Assembly: GCA_963674735.2 (NCBI GenBank)
Contig: CAXXQS010000002.1
Coordinates: forward strand, 1,344,001 to 1,408,000
DNA from: Myxococcota bacterium
Lineage (GTDB): Bacteria > Myxococcota_A > SURF-8
Reading direction: 5' to 3'
Length of the DNA: 64,000 nt
The notes below the pieces were generated by a model. That model did not search any database, was not told the origin of the DNA, and was given only the letters and a program-made list of their open reading frames with translations. Made by a program: the position numbers and the translations under genes. Positions 29,572 through 39,594 of the stretch are shown piece by piece; the stretch's first letter is position 1, and the number at the start of each line of letters is the position of its first letter.

Positions 29572-30992
29572 CGCTGGTACCAGTCGATCAAAGTGATATT
29601 GCGGCCTTTCAGGTAGCGAGCGGCGGCGACCACTTGTCCCTCCGGACCTTCGGCGGCGGTGACGGCCTGTAACGCACCCGGCAATTCCGGCGAGTGCGAC
29701 TCCTCACGTACCGTGTCGTGCAGGAGACGCCAGAACGTCAAGCGGTCGCGCGTGGGAGTCGGGCGGGCCTGGCTGCAGATTAAAAGCGGCGCTTCCGGTT
29801 CATTGAGCCAACCCGGTTTCTGGCCGCAGCGGATCGCCTCCAAACCGCCGAAGGCGGTTGAAGTCAGCCGTCCATCCACACCGATTTCGATCAAACGTTC
29901 GGGGGCGGCCCCCACAACCGAAATGAACGGACCGCGCACTGTGATGGGTTTAGGGGAAGCGTTTTCCGCTTGTGTAACGATGAGTTGTGGCTTGAAAAGG
30001 TGGGTTCCGGGACGGTAGGTTCCCTGGACCCACGTTTGGCCGAAACATGCCAGCGGGGCATGGGCGAGGCGGTCGGACGGAACCAGCGAGCGTCCGTTCC
30101 ACAGCGCCTGGTGACCATTTGCCTGGCCCGAGATTTGATAGGCCACCCGTGCCGGGGTATTACGTCCACCGCCGCAGACCGTCAGTTCACCGGCTGGCCA
30201 GCGTGAAGATGGGCCGGTGGGCGCGTCGAGGGCTTGGGTGTAACGGAATTCCAATTCGGCTTTCGTCCCGTCGAGCGCGTCGTCGCTCCGACTCCATAGT
30301 TCCAGTCGGTCGGGGAGCAGCAGAATCAGGTCGCGATCGCCATCGCCGTCGAAATCGATCAGCGCCAGATCCAGAACCCGCCCCTCGGTTTGAGCCGCTT
30401 CGCCATGCGTCCAGGACGCGGCGTTGCCGCTGAGTTCTTCCGCCGGTCGGATCAGGGCTGCCCAGTGCGGTGACGGGGCGAGCTGCACGCGTGCTTGTCG
30501 TTCGGGATAAGCCGGACGAGTTGCCAGTGCCGCTCCCCAGCTTCCGCCCTGCAGCCAGAATCCGCGCGCTCGCAACAGCAGTGCGCGTCCGCGAGTGGCC
30601 GCCGATAAATCGAGGACGAGATCCACTCCCAGGCGGTCGAGATGCTCCAAGGCCTCGACGTCCAGGCGGTTGAGGGAAAAAGGCAGGTCGCCGGGTAGCA
30701 GGATTTCGCCGAAACGACCGCTCTGGCGGGCCGCCAGACGGCCCTCGCGTTCCAAGACGGCCGTCAGAGGTGCGGTGGGGTTGTTGCCGCTGTCGCTGCG
30801 GATGAGCAGGGTGCCGCGTACCTGACGGAAGGTCTGTTCGCTGCTGTCCAGCGCGACCAGCAACTGCCCGACGGCCTCTTTCAGCGTGGTCGGGTCGGGG
30901 CTGCGGGACGGGGGCGGATTTTGTGCGCCGATCGGGGTCGATCCCAAAAGGAGCAGAATCAGGACAAGAGTCGTCATGGCGCGTGGTTTCAC
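29568..30992 (-). CDS. exported protein with FG-GAP/VCBS-like propeller motif
   Basis: Signal peptide; DFDGDGDRDLILL motif. Confidence 0.6.
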   Translation of the reverse strand: MKPRAMTTLVLILLLLGSTPIGAQNPPPSRSPDPTTLKEAVGQLLVALDSSEQTFRQVRGTLLIRSDSGNNPTAPLTAVLEREGRLAARQSGRFGEILLPGDLPFSLNRLDVEALEHLDRLGVDLVLDLSAATRGRALLLRARGFWLQGGSWGAALATRPAYPERQARVQLAPSPHWAALIRPAEELSGNAASWTHGEAAQTEGRVLDLALIDFDGDGDRDLILLLPDRLELWSRSDDALDGTKAELEFRYTQALDAPTGPSSRWPAGELTVCGGGRNTPARVAYQISGQANGHQALWNGRSLVPSDRLAHAPLACFGQTWVQGTYRPGTHLFKPQLIVTQAENASPKPITVRGPFISVVGAAPERLIEIGVDGRLTSTAFGGLEAIRCGQKPGWLNEPEAPLLICSQARPTPTRDRLTFWRLLHDTVREESHSPELPGALQAVTAAEGPEGQVVAAARYLKGRNITLIDWYQR

Positions 30993-33394
30993 GGGTTGCG
31001 CTCCTGCAAATCGGGGTTGGGTGTGTCGAGTCGGGGTTCGGTGCCGCTGAGGAATAATTCGGATACGGCGCGCGGATCGTCGCCCGGCAGCGCCGCCCCG
31101 GTTTCCGGGTCGATCCAGGTGCCGACCAGCCCGGCCGGTCGCGGGAAGGGATCTACCGGTTGGTCGGCCAAAGCCGCGTCCATGAAATCGATCCAGGCCG
31201 GCAAAGCGGCCCGGCCCCCGGTCTCTCCTCGTCCGAGTGGTCGGCGGTCATCGTAGCCCACCCAGACGCCGCAGGCAAGCGAAGGCGCGATGCCGACAAA
31301 CCAGGCGTCCACCTGATCGTTGGTGGTGCCGGTTTTGCCCGCCAGGGGACGTCCGAGCGAACGGGCGCGGCGGGCAGTGCCGTTTTGCACCACCGACTGC
31401 AGCAGATCGACCATCAAGGCCGTCTCGGCAGGAGTGGCGGCCTGGTGCGGTGCCGGGGTATGCCGATAGAGTACGCGACCGCGGGGATTTCGCACGATTT
31501 CGACCAAGTATGGGGCGTCGCTCATCCCCAGGGCGGCCAGCGACGCATAGGCGTTGACCAGCTCGATCAGGCGGACCTCCGAACTGCCCAGGGCGGTCGT
31601 GAGATTGTTCGCAATCGGGGTGGTGATGCCGAATTCGCGGGCGGTCGCGATAATCGGTTTTAAGCCGAGGTCGTCGGCCAAACGGACGGCGACGGTGTTC
31701 AGCGACTGAGCCAGGGCGCGTCGCAGGGGGAGAAAGCCGCGATACTTCCCGTCGAAATTCTGCGGCGACCAGGTGCGGCCGCCCGCCAGGGGATAGGAAA
31801 GCGGGGCGTCCTCCACCGCTGTGGCGGGGGTGTAGCGATGCGAGCGCAATGCCGTGAGGTAGACAAAGGGTTTGAAGCTGGAGCCGGGCTGGCGTAGCGC
31901 GTCGGTGGCGCGATTGAACGGGCTGAGATAGAAATCGAAGCCGCCGTGCATGGCGCGCAGGGCGTGGGTGGCCGGATCGATGGCCACGATAGCCGACTGG
32001 GCTTCGGGCCGTTGCGCCAGAACGAAACTCGGCAAGTCTTTTGGATTGTTGCCGATTTTTGTCTGCACGACTACGAGTTGGCCGGGGGAAAAGCGTTTGG
32101 CCAAGGCCGTCGGACGCGCGGAAGCGGGTGTGCGGGGCGGCAGCCCCCAGGCAGCGTCGGCGGCGGCGATACGACCGGACCGGTGGCCGGTGGTCAGGTG
32201 CAAATCGCCGCTGACGGGGTCCACGGCCTCGATCAAAGCGAAATAGAGCCCTTCGGGCTTGATGCGACGAACCAGGGTGTGCCAGAGAGGCGTTCGGCCG
32301 TCTTTGAGTGGATGGGGCGGTGTTTCAGCGCTCATGGCCAAGGCAGGGGCGTCAGTCGCCCCCCTTTTCTTTGCGGTGCTGCTGACAATACCAATCAGCG
32401 TCTCGCGCTCCTCCGTGGTGAGGATCGGCAAAGGGCGGTAACCGTGGCGGCGGTCGTAGGCGAGCAGATTCCTCCGTAGCGCTTGGCCCGCAGCGGTCTG
32501 CATGGAGGGATCCAGGGTGGTTACGATGTTCAGTCCGCCTTTTGCGAGGATGGCCTCACCGAGCCGCTCTTGAAGAAAACGGCGTACAGTTTCAACTACA
32601 TATGGGGCCGGGACGACGTCTTGCGGCGGCGTGTAGACCAGCGGGGCGGCGTCGAAACGGCGATATTCCGCTTCGCTGATGTAATTCAATTCGAATAGGC
32701 GTCGTAAAACGTAACGTTGGCGTTCCTTGGCGCGTTCGGGATGGCGGTTGAGGGCCAGACGATTTTGCGCCTGGATCATACCGGCCAGATAGGCAATCTG
32801 CCCGACGTTCAGACCCTTCACGTTTGTGCCGAAATAAAAACGCGCCGCCTCGGCCACTCCGAAACAGCGATTGCCGAAGGGGATGGTGTTGACGTAAAGG
32901 GCGAGGATTTCACGCTTACTGAGCTGCTGTTCCAATCGATAGGCGAGAATGGCTTCCTTGATCTTGCGGTGAAAGGTTTTCTCGTTGCTCAGAAAGAGAT
33001 TTTTGGCGAGTTGCTGGGTGATGGTGGAACCGCCGCCACGGATGCGCAGAGAAAGAAAATTGCGCAGGACCGCCCGCATGATCCCGATAAAATCAAGCCC
33101 TTCATGTTGGTAGAAGGTGGAATCTTCGGCGGCCACGAAGGCGTTGAGCAACAATTCCGGGATGGATTCGGAGGGTAGTAAGCTGCGGCGTTCCTCGCCG
33201 ATTTCGCCGATGACAGTGCCGTCTTTTGCATAAACCCTTGAAATCTGTTGTGCCTGGTAACTCTCCACGTTACGGATTTCGGGCAAATCCCGGCTGTAGT
33301 AGCTGAAAAGCCCCACCATGCCGAGGCTGGCGGCCAGCCCCCCGGCCAGCACTAAAATCAGAAATCCTCGCAGGATCTTTTCGAAGGTCGCCAA
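30989..33394 (-). CDS. mrcA: penicillin-binding protein 1A family
   Basis: AAEDSTFYQHEG, GGSTITQQLAKN, RKIKE, RQPGSSFKP, SLN, GKTGTTN; TTG start after GGAGGAG. Confidence 0.93.
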   Translation of the reverse strand: MATFEKILRGFLILVLAGGLAASLGMVGLFSYYSRDLPEIRNVESYQAQQISRVYAKDGTVIGEIGEERRSLLPSESIPELLLNAFVAAEDSTFYQHEGLDFIGIMRAVLRNFLSLRIRGGGSTITQQLAKNLFLSNEKTFHRKIKEAILAYRLEQQLSKREILALYVNTIPFGNRCFGVAEAARFYFGTNVKGLNVGQIAYLAGMIQAQNRLALNRHPERAKERQRYVLRRLFELNYISEAEYRRFDAAPLVYTPPQDVVPAPYVVETVRRFLQERLGEAILAKGGLNIVTTLDPSMQTAAGQALRRNLLAYDRRHGYRPLPILTTEERETLIGIVSSTAKKRGATDAPALAMSAETPPHPLKDGRTPLWHTLVRRIKPEGLYFALIEAVDPVSGDLHLTTGHRSGRIAAADAAWGLPPRTPASARPTALAKRFSPGQLVVVQTKIGNNPKDLPSFVLAQRPEAQSAIVAIDPATHALRAMHGGFDFYLSPFNRATDALRQPGSSFKPFVYLTALRSHRYTPATAVEDAPLSYPLAGGRTWSPQNFDGKYRGFLPLRRALAQSLNTVAVRLADDLGLKPIIATAREFGITTPIANNLTTALGSSEVRLIELVNAYASLAALGMSDAPYLVEIVRNPRGRVLYRHTPAPHQAATPAETALMVDLLQSVVQNGTARRARSLGRPLAGKTGTTNDQVDAWFVGIAPSLACGVWVGYDDRRPLGRGETGGRAALPAWIDFMDAALADQPVDPFPRPAGLVGTWIDPETGAALPGDDPRAVSELFLSGTEPRLDTPNPDLQERNP

Positions 33395-33487
33395 CGATCT
33401 CCTCCCGACCGAACTCTAACAGAATTTCCAACAGCTTGGCAAGCTCAATGGCAGTCCGAATTGTGTTGATCCCGTGGCGGATTTCTC

Positions 33488-33517
33488 TTGTGGGGCTCTC
33501 GCGGCGGGTGTTACACT
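33488..33517 (+). promoter_or_regulatory. putative sigma70 promoter
   Basis: TTGTGG-18 nt-TACACT with TG extension. Confidence 0.45.
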
Positions 33518-33544
33518 CGCGATCATCGAAACAGGAGGTACATA

Positions 33545-35257
33545 ACGGGACGGAAAGCGCGTCAGAAACGGGAACGACGGCAGAACGAACTGGCGGCAAA
33601 ACCGCCGCAGCTAATCGAAAATGCCGAGTTATCCCACTTTGTTACAGGAGAATGGGGCCGTTGGTCGGCGTTGGTTTACCTGCTTCCCGCCGCGCTCTTT
33701 TTGTTGTTCAAGGCCTACAGTGCCGCTCCCGCTTCCGGCGACGAGAATATTTACCTCTATGTCGGGCGTCGAGTCGCCCAGGGGGTTGTTCCGTATCGGG
33801 AAATCCGTCTGGCGCATCCGCCGGGCCATTTATTTGCCGCTTTGTTATGGATGCTGCCGGGGTATTTTTCTCCGGTTTGGGCCAAACTGGCGGCGATCGT
33901 TCCGGCGCTTGTGACTCTGGGATTGTTTCTGGCGTTGTTGCGCCGTGCGGCGATGGCTTGGCCGGTGGCGTTGGTAACCGGCTTGCTGCTTGCGCTGAGT
34001 CAGGATTTTCTCGGTGTTTCCAGCCATTTTACCGGGGCCAACTGGGCCAATCTGTGGTTATTGGCGGCGCTTGTCGCCCTTCAACGCGGTCGAGCGGCCA
34101 GCGCCGGAACTTTTTTGGCTCTGGCGGGTTTGACGGCTTTCCATATCTTGCCCGCTCTCATCGGTGTGGCTGTGGCTGTCCCGCTCTTTCGGCAAAATGT
34201 CCCATGGCGGCATGGCTGGCGGACGGCGGTGGTGTTTGTCGGACTGACGTTGGGGGTTCATCTTGTCTGTTTGATCGCCTTCGGATCGGCTTACTGGGAT
34301 CAGGTGTTCGGATTCCATCTGGCTAAAACACCTATGAGCGCCGGGGGACGCGCCGCGACGCTGCGGTTTTTCTTCAATGAATACGTGTTGGCCGCCCCGG
34401 CTTTGCTGGGTGTGTTGTTCTGGAGCTGGCGACGCTGGCGGAAATCGGCCTGTCTGACCGAAAACCAAGCTGTTTTCGGCGTATTGGGTGTTGCTGCCGT
34501 TTTTCAGTTGCTGGGTGTGCTGGTCGTTCAGCGCGTGTTTACATATTACCTGGCGCCGCTTGTGCCGCTTTTGGCCGGACTGACGGCCTTTGCCCTGGCC
34601 GAAGGACTCGGCTTCGTATGCGCATGGTGGGAGGCGCGTAAAGCGTCTCAGCCGCAGCGTAAGATCCTGATTGTCCTGTTGATTTCACTGACCGTTTTGG
34701 CCGGGTTGATGGTGGGTGGAGAGCAGCTGGAACGAAGCTTGGGTTATTACCAGCGTCAGCTCAACCAAATCAGCACTTACACCTGGAAAGACAGCCCGGT
34801 GCTGCCGAGATCGCTCAATCGGGCGGTCAAGGCTTTGGTGTTCGATGAAAAACGGCGCGTGGGCGATTTTCACGGTGGGTTGAAACGCTATTTGTGGCAT
34901 GAACTGGCGACCGAAAATCCCGCAGGCCTGCTGCCCGAATTCGAGGCGCGCGCCGATACACCCGGCACGCTGTTCGGCGATGCTTCCACAACACCGTTTT
35001 TTGCGTTGATGACCGGCCGGACCATCGCGCTGGAATTGGCCGACACCAACGCCCAGTGGTTCAAGTCGGGAGTTCTCGATGTCGGGCGTGTGCTGGACGA
35101 CTTGAAGCCGGCTCCGCCTGCCTTTTTAATTCTGGATACCCATCGCGGGATCGGGACGCATCCGGCCATGCGCGGCTTTGCACGGGATTATTATCGCCGG
35201 GTCGCCGTGGTCCGCCCATCCAAGAAGGGGCAACTGTTGCTTTACGAGCGGCGCTGA
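33545..35257 (+). CDS. polytopic GT-C-like membrane glycosyltransferase (start uncertain, possibly ACG)
   Basis: SGDENIYLYVG...G.VPYRE..LAHPPG luminal motif, many TMs, soluble C-terminal domain. Confidence 0.72.
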   Translation, partial: TGRKARQKRERRQNELAAKPPQLIENAELSHFVTGEWGRWSALVYLLPAALFLLFKAYSAAPASGDENIYLYVGRRVAQGVVPYREIRLAHPPGHLFAALLWMLPGYFSPVWAKLAAIVPALVTLGLFLALLRRAAMAWPVALVTGLLLALSQDFLGVSSHFTGANWANLWLLAALVALQRGRAASAGTFLALAGLTAFHILPALIGVAVAVPLFRQNVPWRHGWRTAVVFVGLTLGVHLVCLIAFGSAYWDQVFGFHLAKTPMSAGGRAATLRFFFNEYVLAAPALLGVLFWSWRRWRKSACLTENQAVFGVLGVAAVFQLLGVLVVQRVFTYYLAPLVPLLAGLTAFALAEGLGFVCAWWEARKASQPQRKILIVLLISLTVLAGLMVGGEQLERSLGYYQRQLNQISTYTWKDSPVLPRSLNRAVKALVFDEKRRVGDFHGGLKRYLWHELATENPAGLLPEFEARADTPGTLFGDASTTPFFALMTGRTIALELADTNAQWFKSGVLDVGRVLDDLKPAPPAFLILDTHRGIGTHPAMRGFARDYYRRVAVVRPSKKGQLLLYERR

Positions 35258-35287
35258 CCGTTGAATCGTGCAGGACTTTGTAATTTC

Positions 35288-35316
35288 TTGTAAATTAAGG
35301 GATGATCTGATAAAAT
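35288..35316 (+). promoter_or_regulatory. sigma70 promoter of pilBTC
   Basis: TTGTAA-17 nt-TAAAAT with TG extension, AT-rich. Confidence 0.6.
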
Positions 35317-35397
35317 CGTATAATTCAGGTGCGTGGGGAAACTCCACACCTAGCAAGCACATACATCGAATACGATCGAGACAGGTGAGGTGTACAT

Positions 35398-37101
35398 ATG
35401 GGCAACCGGCTTGGACAGTTGCTGGTTCGGGAAAATGTCATTACGCTGGCGCAACTGAAGAAGGCGCAGGATCTGCAGTCGAAAGAAGGTGGCCGTTTAG
35501 GGTATAACCTGACTCGTCTCGGTTACCTGGCCGAGAGTGATCTCACCGATTTCCTCAGTAAGCAGTACGGCGTTCCCTCCATCAATCTGGGTGATTTCGA
35601 TATCGATCCCCAGGTCATCCGCCTCATCCCGCGCGACGTGGCCGAAAAGCACCAGGTCATCGCGGTCAGCCGGGCGGGTTCCTCCCTGATCGTCGCCATG
35701 GCGGATCCGTCCAATATTTTCGCCATCGACGACATCAAGTTTCTTACCGGGTACAACGTCGAAGTGGTGGTGTCGTCCGAGACGGCGATCAAAGAAGCCA
35801 TCGAGATGTATTACACCATGGAGGAGCATGAGGAATACGAAAACCTCATGGACGACTTCGAGGATGACGATATTGAGGTCGGCTTCGATGAAGAGGAAGA
35901 CGCCAACGTTGTTGTTTTGGAAAGCCAGGCCGAAGAAGCGCCGGTTATCAAGCTCGTCAATCTAATGCTCATCGACGCGATCAAAAAGCACGCGTCCGAT
36001 ATCCACGTCGAAATCTACGAAAAGTTTTTCCGCGTGCGCTATCGCATCGATGGTGTCTTGTATGAAGTAATGAAACCGCCCATGAAGCTTAAAAACGCCA
36101 TTGTGTCGCGTTTGAAGATCATGAGCGAACTCGACATTGCCGAGCGCCGTCTGCCGCAGGATGGCCGCATGAAACTCAAGTTGGGCAAGGGCCGCGAGAT
36201 GGACTTCCGCGTGTCGGTTCTGCCGACGCTGTTCGGTGAAAAAGTCGTTCTCCGCCTGCTCGATAAAGACAATCTGCAGCTTGACATGACCAAACTGGGT
36301 TTCGATCCCGAGCCGCTGGCCGACTTCCGCGATTCGATTCACCGACCGTGGGGCATGATTCTGGTTACCGGCCCGACGGGTTCCGGTAAAACCACCACGT
36401 TGTATTCGGCCATGACCGAGCTCAACACTTCCGAGGTGAATATCTGTACCGCCGAGGACCCGGTCGAATTCCAGCTCAAGGGCATCAACCAGGTGCATAT
36501 GCACGAAGATATCGGGCTCAACTTCGCTTCGAGTCTGCGTTCGTTCTTGCGGCAGGATCCCGACATCATCATGGTCGGTGAGATCCGCGACTTCGAAACG
36601 GCGGAAATCGCCATCAAAGCCGCGTTGACCGGCCATGTGGTGCTTTCGACCTTGCATACCAACGACGCGCCGTCCACCATTTCGCGTTTGCTCAACATGG
36701 GTGTCGAGCCCTTCCTGGTGGTCGCGTCCGTTGTTTGCGTTATGGCCCAGCGTCTGTGCCGCAAAGTTTGTCCCGATTGTCGTGAGCCGATCGAGATTTC
36801 ACCCGCGACGCTCATCGATGCCGGGATGGATCCGGAACGCGCCGAAGCCTGCGAACCGGTCAAAGGCCGTGGTTGCAAGACCTGCTCGAACACCGGTTTC
36901 AAGGGTCGTATCGCGGTCTACGAGGTCATGCCCTTCAAGGATGAGTTGAAAGACTTCGTGCTCAACGGCGCTTCCGCCGTCGAACTCAAACGTGAATCGA
37001 TGCGCCTGGGTATGCAAACCCTGCGTCAGTCGGCGTTGTATAAACTCGAGAACCAGGTAACGTCGTTTGAGGAAGTGTTGCGTAATACGTCGCCCGATTA
37101 A
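35398..37101 (+). CDS. pilB: type IVa pilus assembly ATPase PilB
   Basis: RLGQLLVREN, ASDIH, ERRLPQDGR, GPTGSGKTTTLY, LRQDPD, CPDC..CKTC Zn motif. Confidence 0.98.
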   Translation: MGNRLGQLLVRENVITLAQLKKAQDLQSKEGGRLGYNLTRLGYLAESDLTDFLSKQYGVPSINLGDFDIDPQVIRLIPRDVAEKHQVIAVSRAGSSLIVAMADPSNIFAIDDIKFLTGYNVEVVVSSETAIKEAIEMYYTMEEHEEYENLMDDFEDDDIEVGFDEEEDANVVVLESQAEEAPVIKLVNLMLIDAIKKHASDIHVEIYEKFFRVRYRIDGVLYEVMKPPMKLKNAIVSRLKIMSELDIAERRLPQDGRMKLKLGKGREMDFRVSVLPTLFGEKVVLRLLDKDNLQLDMTKLGFDPEPLADFRDSIHRPWGMILVTGPTGSGKTTTLYSAMTELNTSEVNICTAEDPVEFQLKGINQVHMHEDIGLNFASSLRSFLRQDPDIIMVGEIRDFETAEIAIKAALTGHVVLSTLHTNDAPSTISRLLNMGVEPFLVVASVVCVMAQRLCRKVCPDCREPIEISPATLIDAGMDPERAEACEPVKGRGCKTCSNTGFKGRIAVYEVMPFKDELKDFVLNGASAVELKRESMRLGMQTLRQSALYKLENQVTSFEEVLRNTSPD

Positions 37102-37151
37102 GATATCGCCGGACGGCTCTTTCGCGCCCTTCCTGAAGCATTGAGGGGAGT

Positions 37152-38240
37152 ATGGTCAGTTTACATCAATTGCTGAAAACCATGATCGAGCGGGGTGCGA
37201 GCGATTTGCACATTACGACCGGCTCGCCTCCTCAACTGCGTATCGATGGCCGATTGGCCCCGGTGAAAACCGCGCCGTTGACGCCTGCGGAAACCAAGCA
37301 GCTTTGCTACTCGATCCTGACCGAGGCGCAGAAGGCCAAGTTCGAAGGAAATAACGAACTGGACCTTTCGTTCGGGGTGAAGGGGCTTTCCCGTTTCCGC
37401 GCAAATGTCTTCATGCAGCGCGGAGCGGTGGCCGGGACGTTCCGTTCGATCCCGTTCAAGATCATGTCGATCCAGGAGTTAGGCTTGCCTCCGGTCGTTG
37501 CCGAACTGGCGCGCAAGAAGCAGGGGCTGGTTTTGGTGACAGGCCCAACCGGCTCGGGTAAGACCACCACCTTGGCGTCTCTCATCGATATGATCAACAC
37601 GGAACGCAACGCGCATATCATCACGGTCGAAGACCCGATCGAATATCTGCACCCGCACAAAAACTGCTTGGTCAACCAGCGGGAAGTGGGCTCGGATACG
37701 ACGAATTTCGCCGATGCGTTGCGTTACATCCTGCGGCAGGATCCCGATGTGGTTCTCATCGGTGAAATTCGCGATCTGGAGACCGTGGAAGCCACCTTGG
37801 GGATCGCCGAAACGGGCCACTTGGTTTTCGCCACCCTGCACACCAATTCGGCCGTGCAAACCATTACCCGTATCGTGGACATGTTTCCCCCGCATCAGCA
37901 GGATCAGGTGCGCGCCCAGCTCAGCTTCGTACTGACGGGTGTGATGACGCAGTCGCTCATTCCACGTTCGTCGGGTGTTGGTCGTGTTTTGGCTCTGGAA
38001 GTGCTGGTGCCCAATCCCGCTATTCGCAGCTTGATCCGTGAGGACAAACTTCATCAGGTATATGGCCAGATGCAGGTGGGACAGGAACGTTTTTCCATGC
38101 AGACTATGAATCAGGCTCTGTATAAACTATACAAGCAAAGGGCGATTACGCTCGACGATGCCATGGCGTATTCGCGGGATGTGGACGAACTGAAAAATCT
38201 GATCGCGGGTAGAGCCGAAGGCATACAGGCGCGGCGCTGA
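37152..38240 (+). CDS. pilT: type IV pilus retraction ATPase PilT
   Basis: GASDLH, GPTGSGKTTTLAS, NQREVG, AETGHLVFATLHT, AIRSLIRE. Confidence 0.98.
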   Translation: MVSLHQLLKTMIERGASDLHITTGSPPQLRIDGRLAPVKTAPLTPAETKQLCYSILTEAQKAKFEGNNELDLSFGVKGLSRFRANVFMQRGAVAGTFRSIPFKIMSIQELGLPPVVAELARKKQGLVLVTGPTGSGKTTTLASLIDMINTERNAHIITVEDPIEYLHPHKNCLVNQREVGSDTTNFADALRYILRQDPDVVLIGEIRDLETVEATLGIAETGHLVFATLHTNSAVQTITRIVDMFPPHQQDQVRAQLSFVLTGVMTQSLIPRSSGVGRVLALEVLVPNPAIRSLIREDKLHQVYGQMQVGQERFSMQTMNQALYKLYKQRAITLDDAMAYSRDVDELKNLIAGRAEGIQARR

Positions 38241-38273
38241 CTCTGACCCCGGGCCGCTTAAAAGGAGGACTCG

Positions 38274-39494
38274 ATGCCCTACTTCAAATGGGAAGGCAAA
38301 ACCCGCAACGGCGAGGTTAAAAAAGGGAGCATGCAGGCCGCAGATGAGCAGGCCGTTATTCTGCGCTTGAAACAGCAGCAGATCATCCCTTCGACGGTTA
38401 AGAAGTCCATGGGTAACATCGAAATCCGGATTCCCGGGATGGAGCCCAAGCTACAGCCGAAATCGCTGGTTATCTTCACCCGCCAGTTCGCCACGATGAT
38501 CGATGCCGGTCTTCCGTTGGTGCAGGGGCTCGATATTCTGGCCGCCCAGAACGACGATCCGGTGATGCAGAAAGTTCTCTATCAGGTGAAATCCGATGTC
38601 GAGTCGGGTTCGACCTTCGCTTCCGCTCTGGAAAAGCATAAGAAGATCTTCGACGATCTCTATGTCTCACTGGTGTCTGCCGGTGAGCTGGGTGGTATTC
38701 TCGATACGATTCTCGATCGTCTGGCGGCCTATATCGAGAAATCCAGCGCGTTGAAGAAACGTGTGAAATCCGCTTTGACCTACCCGATCGTCATTCTAGT
38801 CGTCACCTTCATCGTCGTCGGCGTCCTGATGGTCTACGTTATCCCTGCCTTCGCTCAAATGTTCAAGAGTTTAGGCGGTGGCGATTTGCCGGGTCCGACC
38901 CAGTTGGTGATGGCCGCATCCGATTTCGTGGTTGATGGACTCCACTTCATTATTGGCACTATCGTTGGCGTTATCGTTTTGTGGCGCACTTTGATGAAGA
39001 CGAAAAAGACACGCTACGTGCTCGATACGATTTTTCTGAAGATGCCGGTTATCGGCGACCTGATTCGTAAAACGGCCGTGGCGCGTTTCACCCGAACCCT
39101 GAGCACCATGATCTCTTCGGGTATTCCCATTCTACAAGCTCTTGAAGTTGTTGAGAAAACCGCCGGAAACATGGTGATCGAGGCGGCGATCATTCAGACC
39201 AAGGCCAAGATTACCGAAGGTAAATCGATGGCGGAACCACTCATGGCGACCGGTGTGTTTCCTCCCATGGTGGTGCAGATGATCGCGGTTGGTGAATCCA
39301 CCGGTGCTTTGGATGCCATGTTGGGGAAAATCGCTGATTTCTACGAGGAAGAAGTCGATACCGCGGTCGATGGCTTGACGGCGATGATCGAGCCGATCAT
39401 GATGGTTTTTCTGGGTGGTATCATCGGCTTCGTTCTGGTCGCCATGTATCTGCCGATCTTTACGATGGCCGGCGGTCAGGGCGGCGGTCACTAA
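38274..39494 (+). CDS. pilC: type IV pilus inner membrane platform protein PilC
   Basis: FTRQFATMIDAGLPL, AGELGG.LD, GESTGALD.ML, AMYLPIF. Confidence 0.97.
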   Translation: MPYFKWEGKTRNGEVKKGSMQAADEQAVILRLKQQQIIPSTVKKSMGNIEIRIPGMEPKLQPKSLVIFTRQFATMIDAGLPLVQGLDILAAQNDDPVMQKVLYQVKSDVESGSTFASALEKHKKIFDDLYVSLVSAGELGGILDTILDRLAAYIEKSSALKKRVKSALTYPIVILVVTFIVVGVLMVYVIPAFAQMFKSLGGGDLPGPTQLVMAASDFVVDGLHFIIGTIVGVIVLWRTLMKTKKTRYVLDTIFLKMPVIGDLIRKTAVARFTRTLSTMISSGIPILQALEVVEKTAGNMVIEAAIIQTKAKITEGKSMAEPLMATGVFPPMVVQMIAVGESTGALDAMLGKIADFYEEEVDTAVDGLTAMIEPIMMVFLGGIIGFVLVAMYLPIFTMAGGQGGGH

Positions 39495-39514
39495 CGAGAA
39501 GGCCGTCGACGATT

Positions 39515-39532
39515 TTGGCACGGGATACGCAT
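39515..39532 (+). promoter_or_regulatory. sigma54 (-24/-12) promoter upstream of pilin gene
   Basis: TTGGCACGGGATACGCAT, GG-N10-GC spacing exact. Confidence 0.6.
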
Positions 39533-39594
39533 GATTGAAAGCGGAGAATTGCGAGTAGGCTGCCGTTTGTCGGTGGTGTCGAAGGGAGGAACGC

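Noticed and set aside
35398-35540. c-di-GMP-binding MshEN motif in PilB as a novelty
   Set aside because: The degenerate RLGxLLVREN form is ordinary for deltaproteobacterial PilB
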